64,000 nucleotides of DNA, from assembly GCA_046563655.1 (NCBI GenBank), contig CM102290.1, positions 7,316,001-7,380,000 on the forward strand, given 5' to 3'. The notes under the pieces were generated by a model. That model did not search any database, was not told where the DNA came from, and worked only from the letters and a program-made list of their open reading frames with translations. This DNA is from Yuukianura sp. NJ FZ-2021 (Eukaryota). The position numbers and the translations under genes are program-made. Of the stretch, positions 1-14,000 are shown one piece after another. Within the stretch, counting starts at the first letter, position 1, and each line of letters starts with the position of its first letter.

Positions 1-759
1 TGAAAGATGTTTTTCTGTTAGGTGAATTGAATTGGATTCAACCAGAACACAAAAATATGAAGGCTAATAACATTGTTTGTATAAGTTAGGTACAGAAAGA
101 GATTAGAAAATTCTAGCTTCACTTTAACATAACGCAAATAGAAAATTTGAATTAACTAAAGTTGTTGACCTGACATAAATCCTGTCGCAGTAGGTAAAAC
201 TCTTAATAATCTTTTTTCGAGGCCGGGATGAAGGTCTCTTGTGAACTTGACCTTATCATTTTGTAATGTAGTTTGTTTGTTTTTCAGTGTAAACCACCAC
301 AAAACGTAAAACCATTTTCGAATTCAATTGAGTACGGAATTGCAGAAAAATCTATGTCAGAGAAAGATGGCTAACCTTAAGTTACATTATTAATTAAAAA
401 CAGTTTCGTTTTTTAGAGATCTTTTTCTCCATCTCACCAGGATTCAAGTTAAAAATATTCAGTTTAGCACCCAAAGAAGATTCCGAGTCTCCAAAAAAAT
501 ATATAAAAGTGAAAAAGGGAATTTAGAATTGATTGATATTCTGGGTTAGAGAGTAATAAGGGTATTGGGTTTTAGTAAGGTTATTGGATTTACATAGCTT
601 TAGTTAGGCTTTGATACTTTTTTTCTTTTGCGAATAGAATTTGGAAAATATGAACCCTGGAGAGGATCCTTTCGTCAAAAATCCTCAATTGCCTAAAATT
701 TTTGGTTCTAGAGAAATTGGCCTTTGGAATTTGACACAATTTGGTTCTGTCAATGATTC

Positions 760-2078
760 TTAGGACTTCCATGCTCGGAACTTTCGGAGGGAAACTTTTT
801 TGAGACGAGCAACAGTGGATTTGAAGTCAGTATCTGTCGGCTCGTCCTCACTTAACGTTTCTCCTTCCGAATGGACATCGCGTTTTGTGGGTTTGGGTTT
901 TGTTGTAGCCTGGGATGTGGCATCATGGAGACTGTGCGCTTGGCGTTGATTTGCCAAATATTGGCGAGCCTTCTCTCGTTGTTGGGCCTTCGTATTTCCG
1001 TTTCGATGAATTTTTAGTTTGGTCAGTCGAGCTAATGTAGCTGCCCGAATGCCTCGACCTGGTTTGGACCTACTTTCAGAATTGTCAGCGGAGAGCCGAC
1101 TACTTCCGGCCGACGACGATCCGGAGGAAGCGTGAGGCTTTCGATCTCTCAAAACAAATCTAGCAATCAATAGTTTGAGAATATAATTTCATAATTATAA
1201 AAACCGACGGCAGAAGACTTACCGTCCTAAATTGTTCCACTTGAGTTGAACTTCGTAAACGTTTTCTTCGTCTTTGAGTACGCGATGAGTTGCCCGCTGT
1301 GAGGATTTTTTACGGAATGATCCAGCGCCCTCTGACGCTCCGCCTGATGTTGACGCTACAGGTTCTAGTTCTTCAACCAACACAAATTTGGTGGGATCCT
1401 CCAAGCGTCGGGCCTTCACGAGCGTCTGCGCAATGATGTCTTGGGAGGTACTTCTCACAGGCACCTTTGAAATATTTAATTTTATAACAACATTTTCCTG
1501 CTTTAATCTAAAATTAAATGAGACTCAAAATGCTGATGCCTCGACTAATGTTACCTTTAAAATGCAATATGGTATTTCCGGTGATACGTTGTGGACACAT
1601 ACAAGGAAGTTGTCATCTTCTCCCCATTGAAGTTCTTCACTATCCCGAGTGCCTTTATCTTTTGTAGGGTCAACGAAGCGATTTCCTCGTGATGAGATTG
1701 ACGACAACCAAGCTCGGCTGCTGGGATCGTTTCCGGTTCGCTTCAGGATAAATTTTCCATCTCCCTTCCAATGAGACTGCGACTGAAGCGGCTTTTCGTG
1801 GGGGTCAAGGACACGCTGTGTTGGTGGTAGTTCTTTCTCCTTCGCATCCCACCCACGAGCCACTTCTTCTATCAAAACGTACTCTCGCGCAGACTCTGCC
1901 GTTCTTCCACTCTTTTGTAGTGCATTCGCAATCACTTCTGAGGCTGTCGTGTCTTGTGTTACCTTTAGAATTGTGTATGGTTCGTCTGCAACAACTCCGT
2001 GCACGACAAGAAAAAACATCCGACGTTTGAGCGCAATCGTGGACTTGGCTGGAGAAATTCCCATTCCCGGTGGAAACC
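760..2078 (-). CDS. PLCE1: PLC-epsilon last three exons: tandem Ras-association domains RA1 and RA2, then a basic C-terminal tail
   Basis: Exons 1555-2078, 1223-1464, 760-1159. RA1: [29 protein letters not shown]...[10 protein letters not shown]...GKFILKR. RA2: [29 protein letters not shown]...[10 protein letters not shown]...GR|FVLRDR. Stop TAA at 760-762. Confidence 0.93.
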
Positions 2079-5000
2079 CTGAAAATGTAAGCGATTTTTT
2101 TAAATTGAAAAATCGTTATAATTTTTAATTTTAAGTAGTTTTGAAAAAGTAATTCAAATTCTGAAACTGCCGCTAACCCTCAATGACAGGGGTGCCTTCT
2201 CGGAACGAATCATCCTTGGAAAATTGTTTTTGTCCATTCTGCAGTTCTTCGCCTTCCTCCTCTAGTCTAGTACAAATGAAAAGCGTCGTTACTGGAAGTG
2301 GCTGATTGTGAATACTTCTGAGTCTCAAGTGTCGATAACCCTGCCGAAGACCTTTGAGGGGAATGACTCTTTGGGCTATGCAGTGACCTCCGCCGCTACC
2401 ACTGCTTCCACAGTCCAAGACGCTGAATCGAATAAAAGTTAGCTCTCTGAATTGGATCGTGAATGAGAGAACTTCGTTCCAGATTGGGTTGAGAGCATTC
2501 CTCGGAATGATCCTTGTGCGTTGCTTGGAACAGTCAATAGGAATACCGTTAATTTCCACTTCTACTTGAGGGCTAGCTTGATAATTTGTAGGTGAAAGAA
2601 ATTGTCCAGATACGATGTTGATATGAAGATGAACAGTATGGAGTCCGTCGAATTCCTTTTCAAGTGGGTTGAAACGCCGGTACATGACATGGCTTCGATC
2701 CCACATGACGCTTGGCTTTAGAACATATCCACATCGTCCATTCTGTTCAAACATTGCCGCGTTGATATGAAGGGCCGTGTCCTCAGTTTGATAATTGAGA
2801 GCCACAAGCTGGATTCCAAAAGACCAGAAAACAAGGGGATTGAAGTTGGATGAGTCAATTCGCATCCCTGCGGGATATGCTCGAATAAGCTGTGTTTCCG
2901 TATGGGCGAGTACTTGGAGAGGTTGCTTGCGAGAAAGTTTCTTGGCTGCATTTTCGTTGAGGGAGCAGCATTGATAGACTGGGTGGTTACTGATGACACG
3001 GCGTTGTTGATGATGTTCTCCACCAGAGTGGATACTGGAGGCAGTGGGGGTAACAGGGAGGCTGGAGGGTGGATTCGAAGTAGGAATTATACTTTTCTTT
3101 TGCATTATTTTATTCCGGACTGAACTACTTGGGCTCAGTGTAGTTAAGCCCCGAAATTTAATTGCTTGCAAGTATATGATGAGGTCAGACAGCTCCCGAG
3201 CAATTTGACTGCTCTGTTTTTTGGTCTTGGGAACTGATTCTTCCAATTCGACAACCCACTCTCCATGCTCGGATTGACTTGGATTTGTTAGTACTGGTGG
3301 GACAACAGTTGCCATCCGTCGAGATTGAGATGCTCCTTTTACTGATGACTCTTGGCTTGTCAACGAATCGGTTCTAGGTGTCGTCGGCAAGGCCTGCTCC
3401 GACGCTTGTCTCGATACAACCAGCCTCTCTAAAAAATAACAAAAATTCAAGTTAAGACTTAACTAATTCTTTTTTAAACTTGGAGTAAAATTACACGAAG
3501 TGAACTCCCCTTACCGTCTGGAATTTCATCTTCATAATCGGATTCAACATCATCATCCGAGTATTCGTCGTTGATTGAGCCACCACTTACGTTGCTCACA
3601 ATGCTATTTGTTCTAGCTGACTGAGGCCGACTTCCAGACCGATTTCGGGTGGCGGGATTGACTGGTGCTACAGTAGAGGTCGCAGACGGATGGATCACAG
3701 GATTTGGAATAATCTCAGCAAGTATTTTTTTGTTTTTGATTAAGATTCTATTTTTGAGTTGAGCTGGAGATGGGAGGCAAGGGTCATCAGTAAAATCTAC
3801 ATCAAATAGGAATCTTGTGACAAGCTTCTCCCCAAAAACTGTTTGGAAAGTCCAGGCCATTCTAGCTTGCTGTTGCAGAGAACAATGGTTTTCAATAGAG
3901 AGGATGACTGGGTAAGACGAGGCCAGAAATGCGCTCTTATTTATCGCATCAACGACCTGGCGGAAAGGAATTTTTGTGGTGAACGTATGCCCATGATAAA
4001 TAACCGGATCCCCGTCATCGCCGTCCCAGCAGTCAAGCTCAACGCAACGACAGCCAGTCAGCAGGACCTAAATTGTAAAGACCAATTTTTATATGCTAAC
4101 TATAGATCGATGTTTGATTTTCCGTTTTGGTTTTTGAAGTGATATTAAATTTTACTTGACTATAGAGCTCGACCGATGACTCTCCTTTGAGCTGATGACC
4201 TGTCAAATACGTATTGTGTGAGGCTGCAATAAAGTAGTGAGCGAGCGGATGGTCCAGTTCGGATTCCTGCGGAACGATGCGCTCGCTGACAAATGCTAGA
4301 TTGGACGCCGACATCATGTAACGAGCAAATCCTTCAAACGAGAAGCTGTGCTGCGCTTTGAGTACTTCGTCCGGTTCAAATTTCTATATTCAAAAAAAAA
4401 TCTCTAAAAGTTTCTAGCTTCGCTTTAACGAAATTTTACAGTACCTCAATTATAGCAATAATTTCAGACTCATATTTCCGTTCCCCTTGTGTCATTTTCA
4501 GAAATGAACCAAATGCGGGAAGAGTTAGAACGCGACCGCGTGACGTTTCTACTCCAGCACCATTTTGAACAATGCTTGCAGAAGCAATTGCATCATAGAT
4601 GAACTTGCTCTCTGGTTTAGTCCCAATTCCATAACCCATAGTCTTCCCATGCTTTGGCGTCGTACCTAAATTATAGATTATTTCAGAAATCAACTTAGCA
4701 TGATAAATGCTGCCAATCAATTACTATTAATCCATATAAAGACTCATATCAATCCGACTTGCCTGAAGCAGACGAAGAGTGACTTCTGTCAGGGGACCCG
4801 AGTTGAGGTGACTCCGTGCAATCGGATTTTTGTGGTGATGCAATGGAATCAAATAAGTCACGCAGGTCTTTTCTTGATCGTAAACTAAATTAAGCAACAA
4901 ATTGATTTAATAGTTGTCAATCCTATTAATGAAAAGTTTGACCCATATTAAGCTTACCTGAAAGCTTGGAAAAGCGATACGAAGTTGGGAAATGAAAGTC

Positions 5001-8000
5001 TAGTTTCATGGGTAAGGACCGATACTCGAGCTTGTGGAGATGGACATGCTTCGGAACCACCGGGTCCTGGAAGCATTGAAATTGCGCTTTTGATTCGAGT
5101 AAGCCCTTGCTGTTGATGAGGTGGAGTCGGAGGTGTGGAGCCTTCTGCTCCATCAGTTCTTGTGCGCATGGCTGGACTTGGAGGTCTCTCGCTTATGGCA
5201 TGATCGATAGGCTGCTTTGCAAACGAGTCCTAAATTATTCAAATTTAATTAAAATCGATTTACTTTAATTTATAGTTCATGTTTTGTTACAAAACTAACC
5301 TTAATCATATGAATGTTGGCCAACGATCTCTTCTTTCTGAACTTTGCAGAAGCCGTGCGTCGAAACGGTGGTGTATCGGGCAGACTCCCTTGAGGAGCCG
5401 AGGAAGTCCAACGACGCCCGCCAAAAACCTATACAAAAATTACATTAGTTTTATACCAACAATTTAGACACGTTACAGAAATGGAAATGTTTTTGTTATT
5501 TACTCGGATAGAGTCTGCCATCGTCGGAGCAATACAGCGGCCATCTTCGAAATAGAGTTGCAAGTATTGCTCCTTCAGCCAAAAGAGGCGTCTGTCGGGC
5601 CTTCCGATGACTCGTCTTAACGCCTTAACGACAGCTCTGAGTCCTGCTCCACAATTGTTGAGATGATTTAAACAACCTTCTGAAAATTAAGCACTAGAAA
5701 TTAAGTTATACTTGCCAGTGAGCCAAATGGAGGCGACCCGCGGAGGAAAGACAAATACTGTACTGCGGTTATCACTGAGAACCATTCCGTAGACTAGAGA
5801 AACACAAGTATCCATTGGAGCCCATGACTCAATTCCATATCTGTAAATCAAACAAAGAACCTCAAAGATGGTGGAACATAATCCACGCTTCAACTACAAT
5901 GGGAAACGTTCATTTACCGCTTCATTGCACCCGAAATGTCTACTTCCCTGCTTCCGCCTTCAACCTCCTTCACCCCATTGAGGTCAATATAGCCCTCTTC
6001 AATTCCAATTCCCGCAATGTCTGGAGCTCCGCCAAAACCCGTTGGTCCACTGCCACTTGTTCCAACGGAACTTGTCCCGCTCCCACTTCCGTACTTGATG
6101 ACAAGCCCCGGTAGCACTGGAATCAGTTCCGGTTCGACGCTGAGCAGGAAATCGGGTTGTGTATGGGAAAAGCGAAGAGAGCTCCAAACCGGCTTGCTCC
6201 AAGTTATGGTCCCACATGACCGCTCCAGCTTAACCCACACGAACGCCGCCCGTCCGTCACTGTCTATGTGAATGGCAGTACTTCCATGGTGCAGAACTTG
6301 CAAAATGTGGAGGTCAATAGAATTTTTGGAGTTGTCCAGTGGGATAAAGGACACATTGTGGTCATGACTGAGGGCTTGGACTGGTTGATAGAGATTAGTT
6401 GAACTCAAGACTTCGTCAACCAAGTCCGTTCCACCTCCGAAAAGTTCATCAGATGAATCCGGTTGCTCAGTTTCTCCGAATCCTGCTCTTTCGATGCTGG
6501 AGGTATGAATACTGAAAAAAAATTGGAAAAGATCTGCTCAAGAATTATATCGATATAACTACGACTAGTCAATGGAATATTCTATTCCAAGGAAGCGAAT
6601 GTTTGAGAAATCAAAACGTAACAAATCAATCTGTTATAAATAAAGTATTGACTGCTGAAAACTACATTTTCAATAATTTCAAAAGGCAATGAGAACCATA
6701 TTAAAACCTGTGTATTTTTACACACAAAAAGCTATTGAATATTTTTAGTCTAACCTTTTGAGTGTTGTTACCAATAAAGTACTAAAATTAACGCGAATCA
6801 CGCGATTACTCTCGGCTCTTCTCACTTTCTGTATAAACTTCATTTTAAGAAACTTGTTACTCCGAAAACTTAAAACGAAAAGCGAAATGATGGAACAAGA
6901 AATGTTCTTCCAAGTCACAAATCAAATTAAGCCTAGAAGTCAAGAAGCAAATAGTTTCTTTGCAGAACTATAAAAGGTTTTACTGCGTCCAAGAAAGAAC
7001 ATTTTGCAAAGGTTTAGTAGCATGGCATGTTGTGATTACACCATGTGCCATTAATTTTTGCTCATCATTATTTCATTTGCATTACTATGTTACTTTTAAA
7101 GTCGGACAGTTTGAGTCAAAGTCTTGTATTTTAGCATAAATGTCTGGATCCAATTTTATATCCAATCCTTACCTGAGTCTATCAGCGTGGAGAAAGGCAG
7201 CTTTTTGCTGTCGTTTCATGTGATGTTGATGCACCAGAGAAATTTTCTCGAGTACTGCCTGAACCTTGCGTAGTTTATTCATGTTCAGAAGTCCGCCTGG
7301 ACCAACTTTCGTAAAAAATTCATCGTCCGCCTCCAGCGTCGAACTCAAAAGTGTCTGAAATCCAAAAAGAAAAAAGTTTAGGGTCATGACACGCTTTTAC
7401 ACCTCGCTTTTAATTAGTTAAATCCCAACAAAAACCTTCCCGGGACATTTACCTCAATATTCTGTTTAGAATTTTGCGTTGCAAGCAGTGTGCCGTAGAA
7501 AGTGTTTTTTTAAAGTCGATGTTTAAAGTTTGTTTTTTGATGTAAATAGCTTTCTTTTATTGCTGTTACTTTCCTTGCTTTAAAAGCAGAAATCGTGCTT
7601 TAAAGCTTTACCTGCTACATAATATATCATGATATGTATATTTAGGGTAAAAACCGTGAATCTGTTTTTCCTTTTTAACTTTCTTTTTTCATTGGAAAGT
7701 ACAACCCACGCAAAGAGAAAGAAACTTGAGCCCCCTCAAAGTTAGCTATATACTTATACAAAGGTAGATAGTTACCACAGGATTTGTTCCCAGGAATTTG
7801 TGAGCTTTCCTCTAAAAGTTTTGAAACTAAATTATGAATATACTAGTTGGTATACTGGAATATTATGTTGAGCAGAATATTGAAAAAGGAAATTTGAGAG
7901 GAAAAGTTGGTTGATTAATTCTGATTTCTGTTAGAAATTAATAGAATTTTGGCTTGGGTTCTTTGATTTTGAGAGGTTTTTGAAATACTTTATACTGTCA

Positions 8001-11000
8001 CACTGGTCTTTCAATCCGAATCGTGGAAAGAGGAAAGTGACAAGCATGAAATTGAGTACAAGTAGAGCATTGGTTTCAATCAACTTAACATAATCCGACG
8101 CTGATTCAAAAGGACGACTCAGCCCCTTTGATTTCTCGTCCTCTTGCCTCATTAACTTTTGAAGCTGACACCAAAACCTCAGTCATTCCACTTTCTACCC
8201 AAAGAAAGTGGAGACAACGTCACTTCAAACAGATTAACTCCTCTCTGCCTTATGCCTAGCTGAACTACTACACTCAAGTCCCTTGGAATCAATTGAAGTA
8301 ATTGAACTTACAAATTACTGATGAGTGTGGATAACTTACTTGGAGCAGCGACGCTTCACTTCCTGGAGTGAGGACAACGAGCGAGGCCGTATTTAGCGTA
8401 CTTCTCAATTCCTTCAAGTATGCACCAAAGAAAGGTACGGCCGGACACGTAGAAATTCGGAGCGTACGTTCGAGTGCTGCTTCATAGTCTGGAGCTGACC
8501 ACTGGATGTCTTCGCCCCCCTTTGTCTCCAGCCCCCCAATTCCAATTTTTTCTCCAAGAAGTGCCTTGGTAAGAAGGTCCAACGTGGGTACTACGTCCTC
8601 CTTCTCGTGCAGCAGTAACCAGAATGGCTTCAGTTTGGACGATCTGTTTAGAATTAAATACGGACTTCAACCCTCACACTTCTTTCTTCTCCAACAAGTC
8701 AAACTGAAAACTTTCCCTAGGATCTCTAGACACTTTGAACAACACACAACCTGTCAGTTCCATTTGCAGTCTGGCACTTACAAGCCAAGCAGAAAATATT
8801 GTTTTAGTTCTGGGCCGAATTCGAGACATATATGAGACCTCAGACTGTTGACCTAACGAAGAACTTGCAGGGCAATACTTCTTTTTCTATCTAAGCGCTC
8901 TAGGCTCTACTAACTTCAAACAAAAAACAGATTTTGAGGGAAGGAAACCAAACGAAAAGAAAAATGAAATTCCTTGGCCTGAAAGATAGTAATGAATAAA
9001 TAATTTGCAGTCGATGTCTTGGAGGCAAGTCGACGGAATGACATACCACGTAAGTGTTTGCTCATCTTTTCTTTTCCGGGCGAAGATGAATTCTGGCAGA
9101 AAGACGCTTGATTTTTCGCTGGAACGACGACCACGCTGCATTTGTTCAGGAACAGCTGGGGTTCAGAGGAACAAAGTAGAGGCAAGTAGTTTCCGTCGGC
9201 CTACAACTTGGCTTTAACGGCTGGAGGCCGAAAGAAACCCCTGCCACTACTCCTCTGCGTTACTTTCTCCGCCTATCATCTTCTTCTTTTCTTCAGTTTT
9301 CATTGTGTCGACTTGCATCTAATTTTACATTTTTCACTTACAGCCGTTTTACTTAGCGCTTCACATTTCAAATTACTCCTCCCTTTTTAACACCTTTGCG
9401 CAAAAAAAAATAAAATACAACTTATAAAAAACCAGGCCTCAGAAAATTACTGCGTAAAGCCATTTGTAACTGCCATTTGTTTACAATTTCCAACAATTTG
9501 AAGATTAAGTTATGACTACATGACATGTCAGACATCTAGATATGTCGTTAAAAATGAACTCATAAATCGATAAATTTCTCTACGAATGTGAATTGGGGAA
9601 GCATTTTAATGCTTTTAGTGATCACTTAACCTTATTTGACCTACAAAAGCAATCTAATACGTTTTCCGCCAAGTATAGCCCTTGTTAATCATTTCCAATT
9701 CAGTTTTTTTGTACAAATCGATTGAGGTTTGGGAAAAAGTAAAAATTAAAACTTACTTGAGCCCAGCAATTACTTCCACGGCCGTTCCAAAGGCCCCGAG
9801 ATTCCAAGCTGTCCGGGCTACTCGTAGAAGACAAGACAGCATTGCCTTTCTCTCCTCATGACTTGGTGGAGAGACTAGAAGATGAGTGATCCACGAGCTG
9901 ATCTGTGAAGAATATAGAAAGTGAACACTATTATAATCAAGCCCATGAAATTTAAAATTTTTTTCAAATAGTTTCAACTCTTAGTTTTGGGAAAGTTAAC
10001 TAAGCCAACAAAGTTACAAATTCTGTAATGAAAAATGGCATAAGGGAACGCGGGAAGTTTTACCTCATTGAATCGATCAATTAGGGCACTGACTCCCAAC
10101 ATTGGCTGAAGCAACTCTCCCGCCGGTGGCTCTGAGCCACCAATATCCATTGTGACATGGCGTAAGTACTCGAGCGGAGCGACCTGGAACAGACAGCAGC
10201 ATCACGATAAAGCCGAAATATGAAAATTCGGAATCTGTCGACCACTCCATCACTTTCCCCTACTTCTTTTTCTTATTTGGGGAAAGTGGCGTTATACCCT
10301 TTACTAGAGTAGTTATGGTGAAATCGGTTTTGAAATCCAAAGGAAAACAACATTTCGAAAAAATGTAGGTTCCTCTGGAATGTGTGAAAAATAAAATGTC
10401 AATAATTTAATTTAGCACCTAAAATTACCTGTGAGAAGAGTTGACTCTCGGTTTCTGCTAGAGCCAGAGCCACTTCTTCAGGGAAAAACAAGACTTTCTC
10501 GAGCTGTTCCAATTCTGGACTCACCGTTGCCTTGATGTTCCACCGTTTCTTGGACGCATCTGTCATCGCACCAGAACAAACACATTAGTTATCACTTCCT
10601 ACTTTGCCACCACAACAGAACGTTGTGGAACAAGGTTTCGTCAGGTCATAATGGATCGATCAAAAAACGACGTTCTTTACGACGTCAATTTCATAAAAAT
10701 GAACGATGAGCATCAAGAGCTTCGCAGAATAAAAGACAGCAACTATTTTGGGATAACTTTTTTTGGAATGACGTTTTTTAAACTTTGAGTGCTACAAAAC
10801 TAAATTTTGGCGTCGCGATTTGAAAACTTCAAGGAGATCCTTAAGTAATTAAAGTTTTTTTTAGTTAATAAAGTTATGCCTTACCGGTGTCAGCGGGACC
10901 AGACGGTGGGGGTGGTGGGGCAAAGTCGTCTAGAAAGTGCGTATCCATTTCTCGAAGAAGAGCCCATAAGGCTCTTCCGGCTTCACGCAGTCCACCCACT

Positions 11001-14000
11001 GTTCCCAAATGTCCACAAGGTACACCACAAGAAGACGCACTACCCACCGGTGGGACTAAAGTGTCAATTTACGAAAACACTACTGTTTACCAAGGCCTTT
11101 GAAACTCGGAGGTTAGTTTAAAAAGTTAAGATAGACGGCCAAAGGAAACGCCAGAATTTGCTACCTTGTTGCGCAAATTCCATTCGCCATGTTATGACTT
11201 CTCCCTCAGACCACTTTGTTCCGCGAAATTCTAAAATGAGTCTATCATGGTTTCGTCCGCCACCAGCCCTCCACTAGGTCACATCAAAGAAACAAACAGA
11301 ATTGAGCACAGGCGTGGATCAAACCTACCTCACAACACAAGATCAAGTTCTACTTTCTTCCTTTCCCCGGACTCCAAAAATAACACTTCCTCATTATAAC
11401 AAACTACTTCGAAAATTTTAGAGTACAAAAAGAAATTTTATAGGCTTTCTAGAGTAAACAGCCACAAAATTGGAGTCAAGTGAAACCCTTCACTTTCTCT
11501 CAAAATTTTTCCATAATCCGACTAGATTTGAAAGATTTTATATTGAACTTGAAATAACAAAATTTTGGAATAATTTAGTTTAAAAAAATACTGCCTAAGT
11601 GAGCGTAGTGTTCAACGTTGAAATTCTCTTGTTTTTGTGCCACAAAAATTTTCATTGACTTTCCACAAATGTTTTTGTAAGCCGCATAACTATGCATAAC
11701 CTCCCTTGGATTTTCTCTCACTATGCCTCTCTCATCACTCGGCTTTTGTTTTGAAAATCCCAAAAATTTGGTTGTGCCCATAATGCCTACCAGTGAAACT
11801 GAATGAGACTCAAGAGGGCTATGATAAAAGAATCCTTGAAATTATTTACCACACGAAAACAGAATCAGAGAAAGGAGAAAAGAAAGAGACTATATAAGAC
11901 TAAAGAGATAGAATAAATGGGCCACAAACCTGTATGAGATCAGACGTCAGTTGAGATCTTGTAAGGACTTTGGTTCTACAGTCGAGGAGAATAATTTTCT
12001 CTTGTCCAATTCCCAGAAGGCGCGTCGCCTGTATGAAGGCAACCAAAATTAAGTTAAATTCTGTGACTTGAAAAGAAGAAGCAGAAAGTGGGGGGCGCTT
12101 GGTCAAGAGAGTCATGGCCTAAACTTTGTCGTAATGGATCCCAGTGACCCATCCTGTGCTGGGCTAACTATGGCAACCAGATGATGAGGCCGATGGCTGA
12201 TCAAGTGACAGACTGACTTGTGGAGACGGGACTTCAAGTCTTTTTATAGACACTTTCTACTTTACGAGAAAGTGACTGAACTCCCCTCTGCCCTCCGTTC
12301 CTTCAGCGCACCGATTCTGGACGACTCACACAAATCCAGGTAGAATATGCTTTTAAACAACCTCCGACCTCAGCATCTCCCCATACTTTCTCCCTCTAAC
12401 CTAACGCAACTTTTCCCCTCTATTTATTTAATTTTAGGGGAAAGGAGTGATACATAGCTCCTACTTTGGATTTCCCTCTCACATTCTCTTCACAAAAATA
12501 TTGGTAAGGACTCTGGGCGGAGTTACTAAACATCCAGTTTGGTTGGCTTTCTCGGATTGATTGACAAGGTTCATCTATAGGGACACGCACTTCAAAACTA
12601 TAATACATAACTTAAGCTTAGGTTAGGTTACGTATGGAAATAACGCAATTCTGTTTCTTCTGGCATGACGCAAGAGACAATAAGCATACTTTTCCTTAGT
12701 TTCATGTAGTTGGATTGTGGATTTCTAATCATGGCATGGCATGTAGCAATAGAGAAAGGAGAAAGGAAAAGGCACCAAATGGGAGCGGAATGGCAATTCC
12801 CTTTCATATTTCTCTAAATCTAATTCCACAACAAAATTCTCCAGAGTCATTTCCTTCGCGTTTCCTGGAACAAAATCCTTGCTATGTTTCTATCCGGCTT
12901 CTTCTTTTGATTTACAAAAATGACAAGTCCGAAATCGTTGAAAATATCATTTGTCAATGTACTTTTACTCAGAAAAAAAAAAGGAACAAAGAGGACTTTT
13001 TAGAAGTACTTTCGTAGTGGAAATCTTACAATTTTCAACCTGAATTGAAAATTGCAACGGGAGTTTGATTTTGACATTGTAAGTGAATTTTTTCTTTCAG
13101 CTTTGGGTTAGAGAAATTATTTTTAAAGGCCAACATTGTTGGATTCCGGGGCTAAAATTGATTGCCTAAATCCTAAAGACCAAAATCCAAACCCAAAGCC
13201 AAACCTAGGGAAATCAAGTTTCGTTCTGGGATTTCTGAGGGAAGGAATAAAGTATAATATTGTGGTTATGGCCTAAATCTAAGTCATTTCCCATCTAAGA
13301 CAAACACTGATTCAGCGAAGGCTGCTTACTTTAACCTAGTAGGAGAATCATTTCGTTGAGTTACAAAATTCACTTTCTTTTTCTGAAAATGTCTCCGTGT
13401 TTCCAAAAAACAATTCTAGAAAAATTTCTATGCAACTGCAAAATTTTATTTCATTCTAACCTAACCAACATTACATATAAAAGGGATTTAATTGAAAATA
13501 ACGTGTAACTCCAATGTATCTGAGAAAATAGCGCTATTTTCTTGTTGCTCTTTTTTCTATTCTATTTTATTACAAAAAGCGAAGCAAAGCTTATTTTGGA
13601 CGTCAGCCACGAGCCTTATGAGATGCTATAAGTATTAGGGGGACAGAATCGATTTCTTATTGTTGTAACGTCATATTTTCTTTTTGTCCTTAATTGTGAT
13701 TGCCTGTTTTTTCTCCAAATCCAAGCTCTACGTGACCGTCTTGCTCAAGACAACTTAGACAGACTTAGAGCTTAAGGACAAGCGCAAAAAATGAAAGTGG
13801 GTGAAAGAAAGGCAGTAGTGGTAGTAATAAGTAAGACAGAAAGTGATTGAACTTACCCTCTTCTTGGTTTTACCGCGAAGAAGTTCCTTGACCACCACAA
13901 GACGAGAACCGTAAGCTGGAAGTCTTCGGCAAGTTTGAACGTACAGTTTTTGAAGCTGAGTAGCCGATTCGTAAACGGACGTATGGAAAAGCTTTCTCTT

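Noticed and set aside
1..759. Polyadenylation signal for the gene
   Set aside because: No clear minus-strand AATAAA seen. The 3'UTR may use a variant signal or extend beyond the window.
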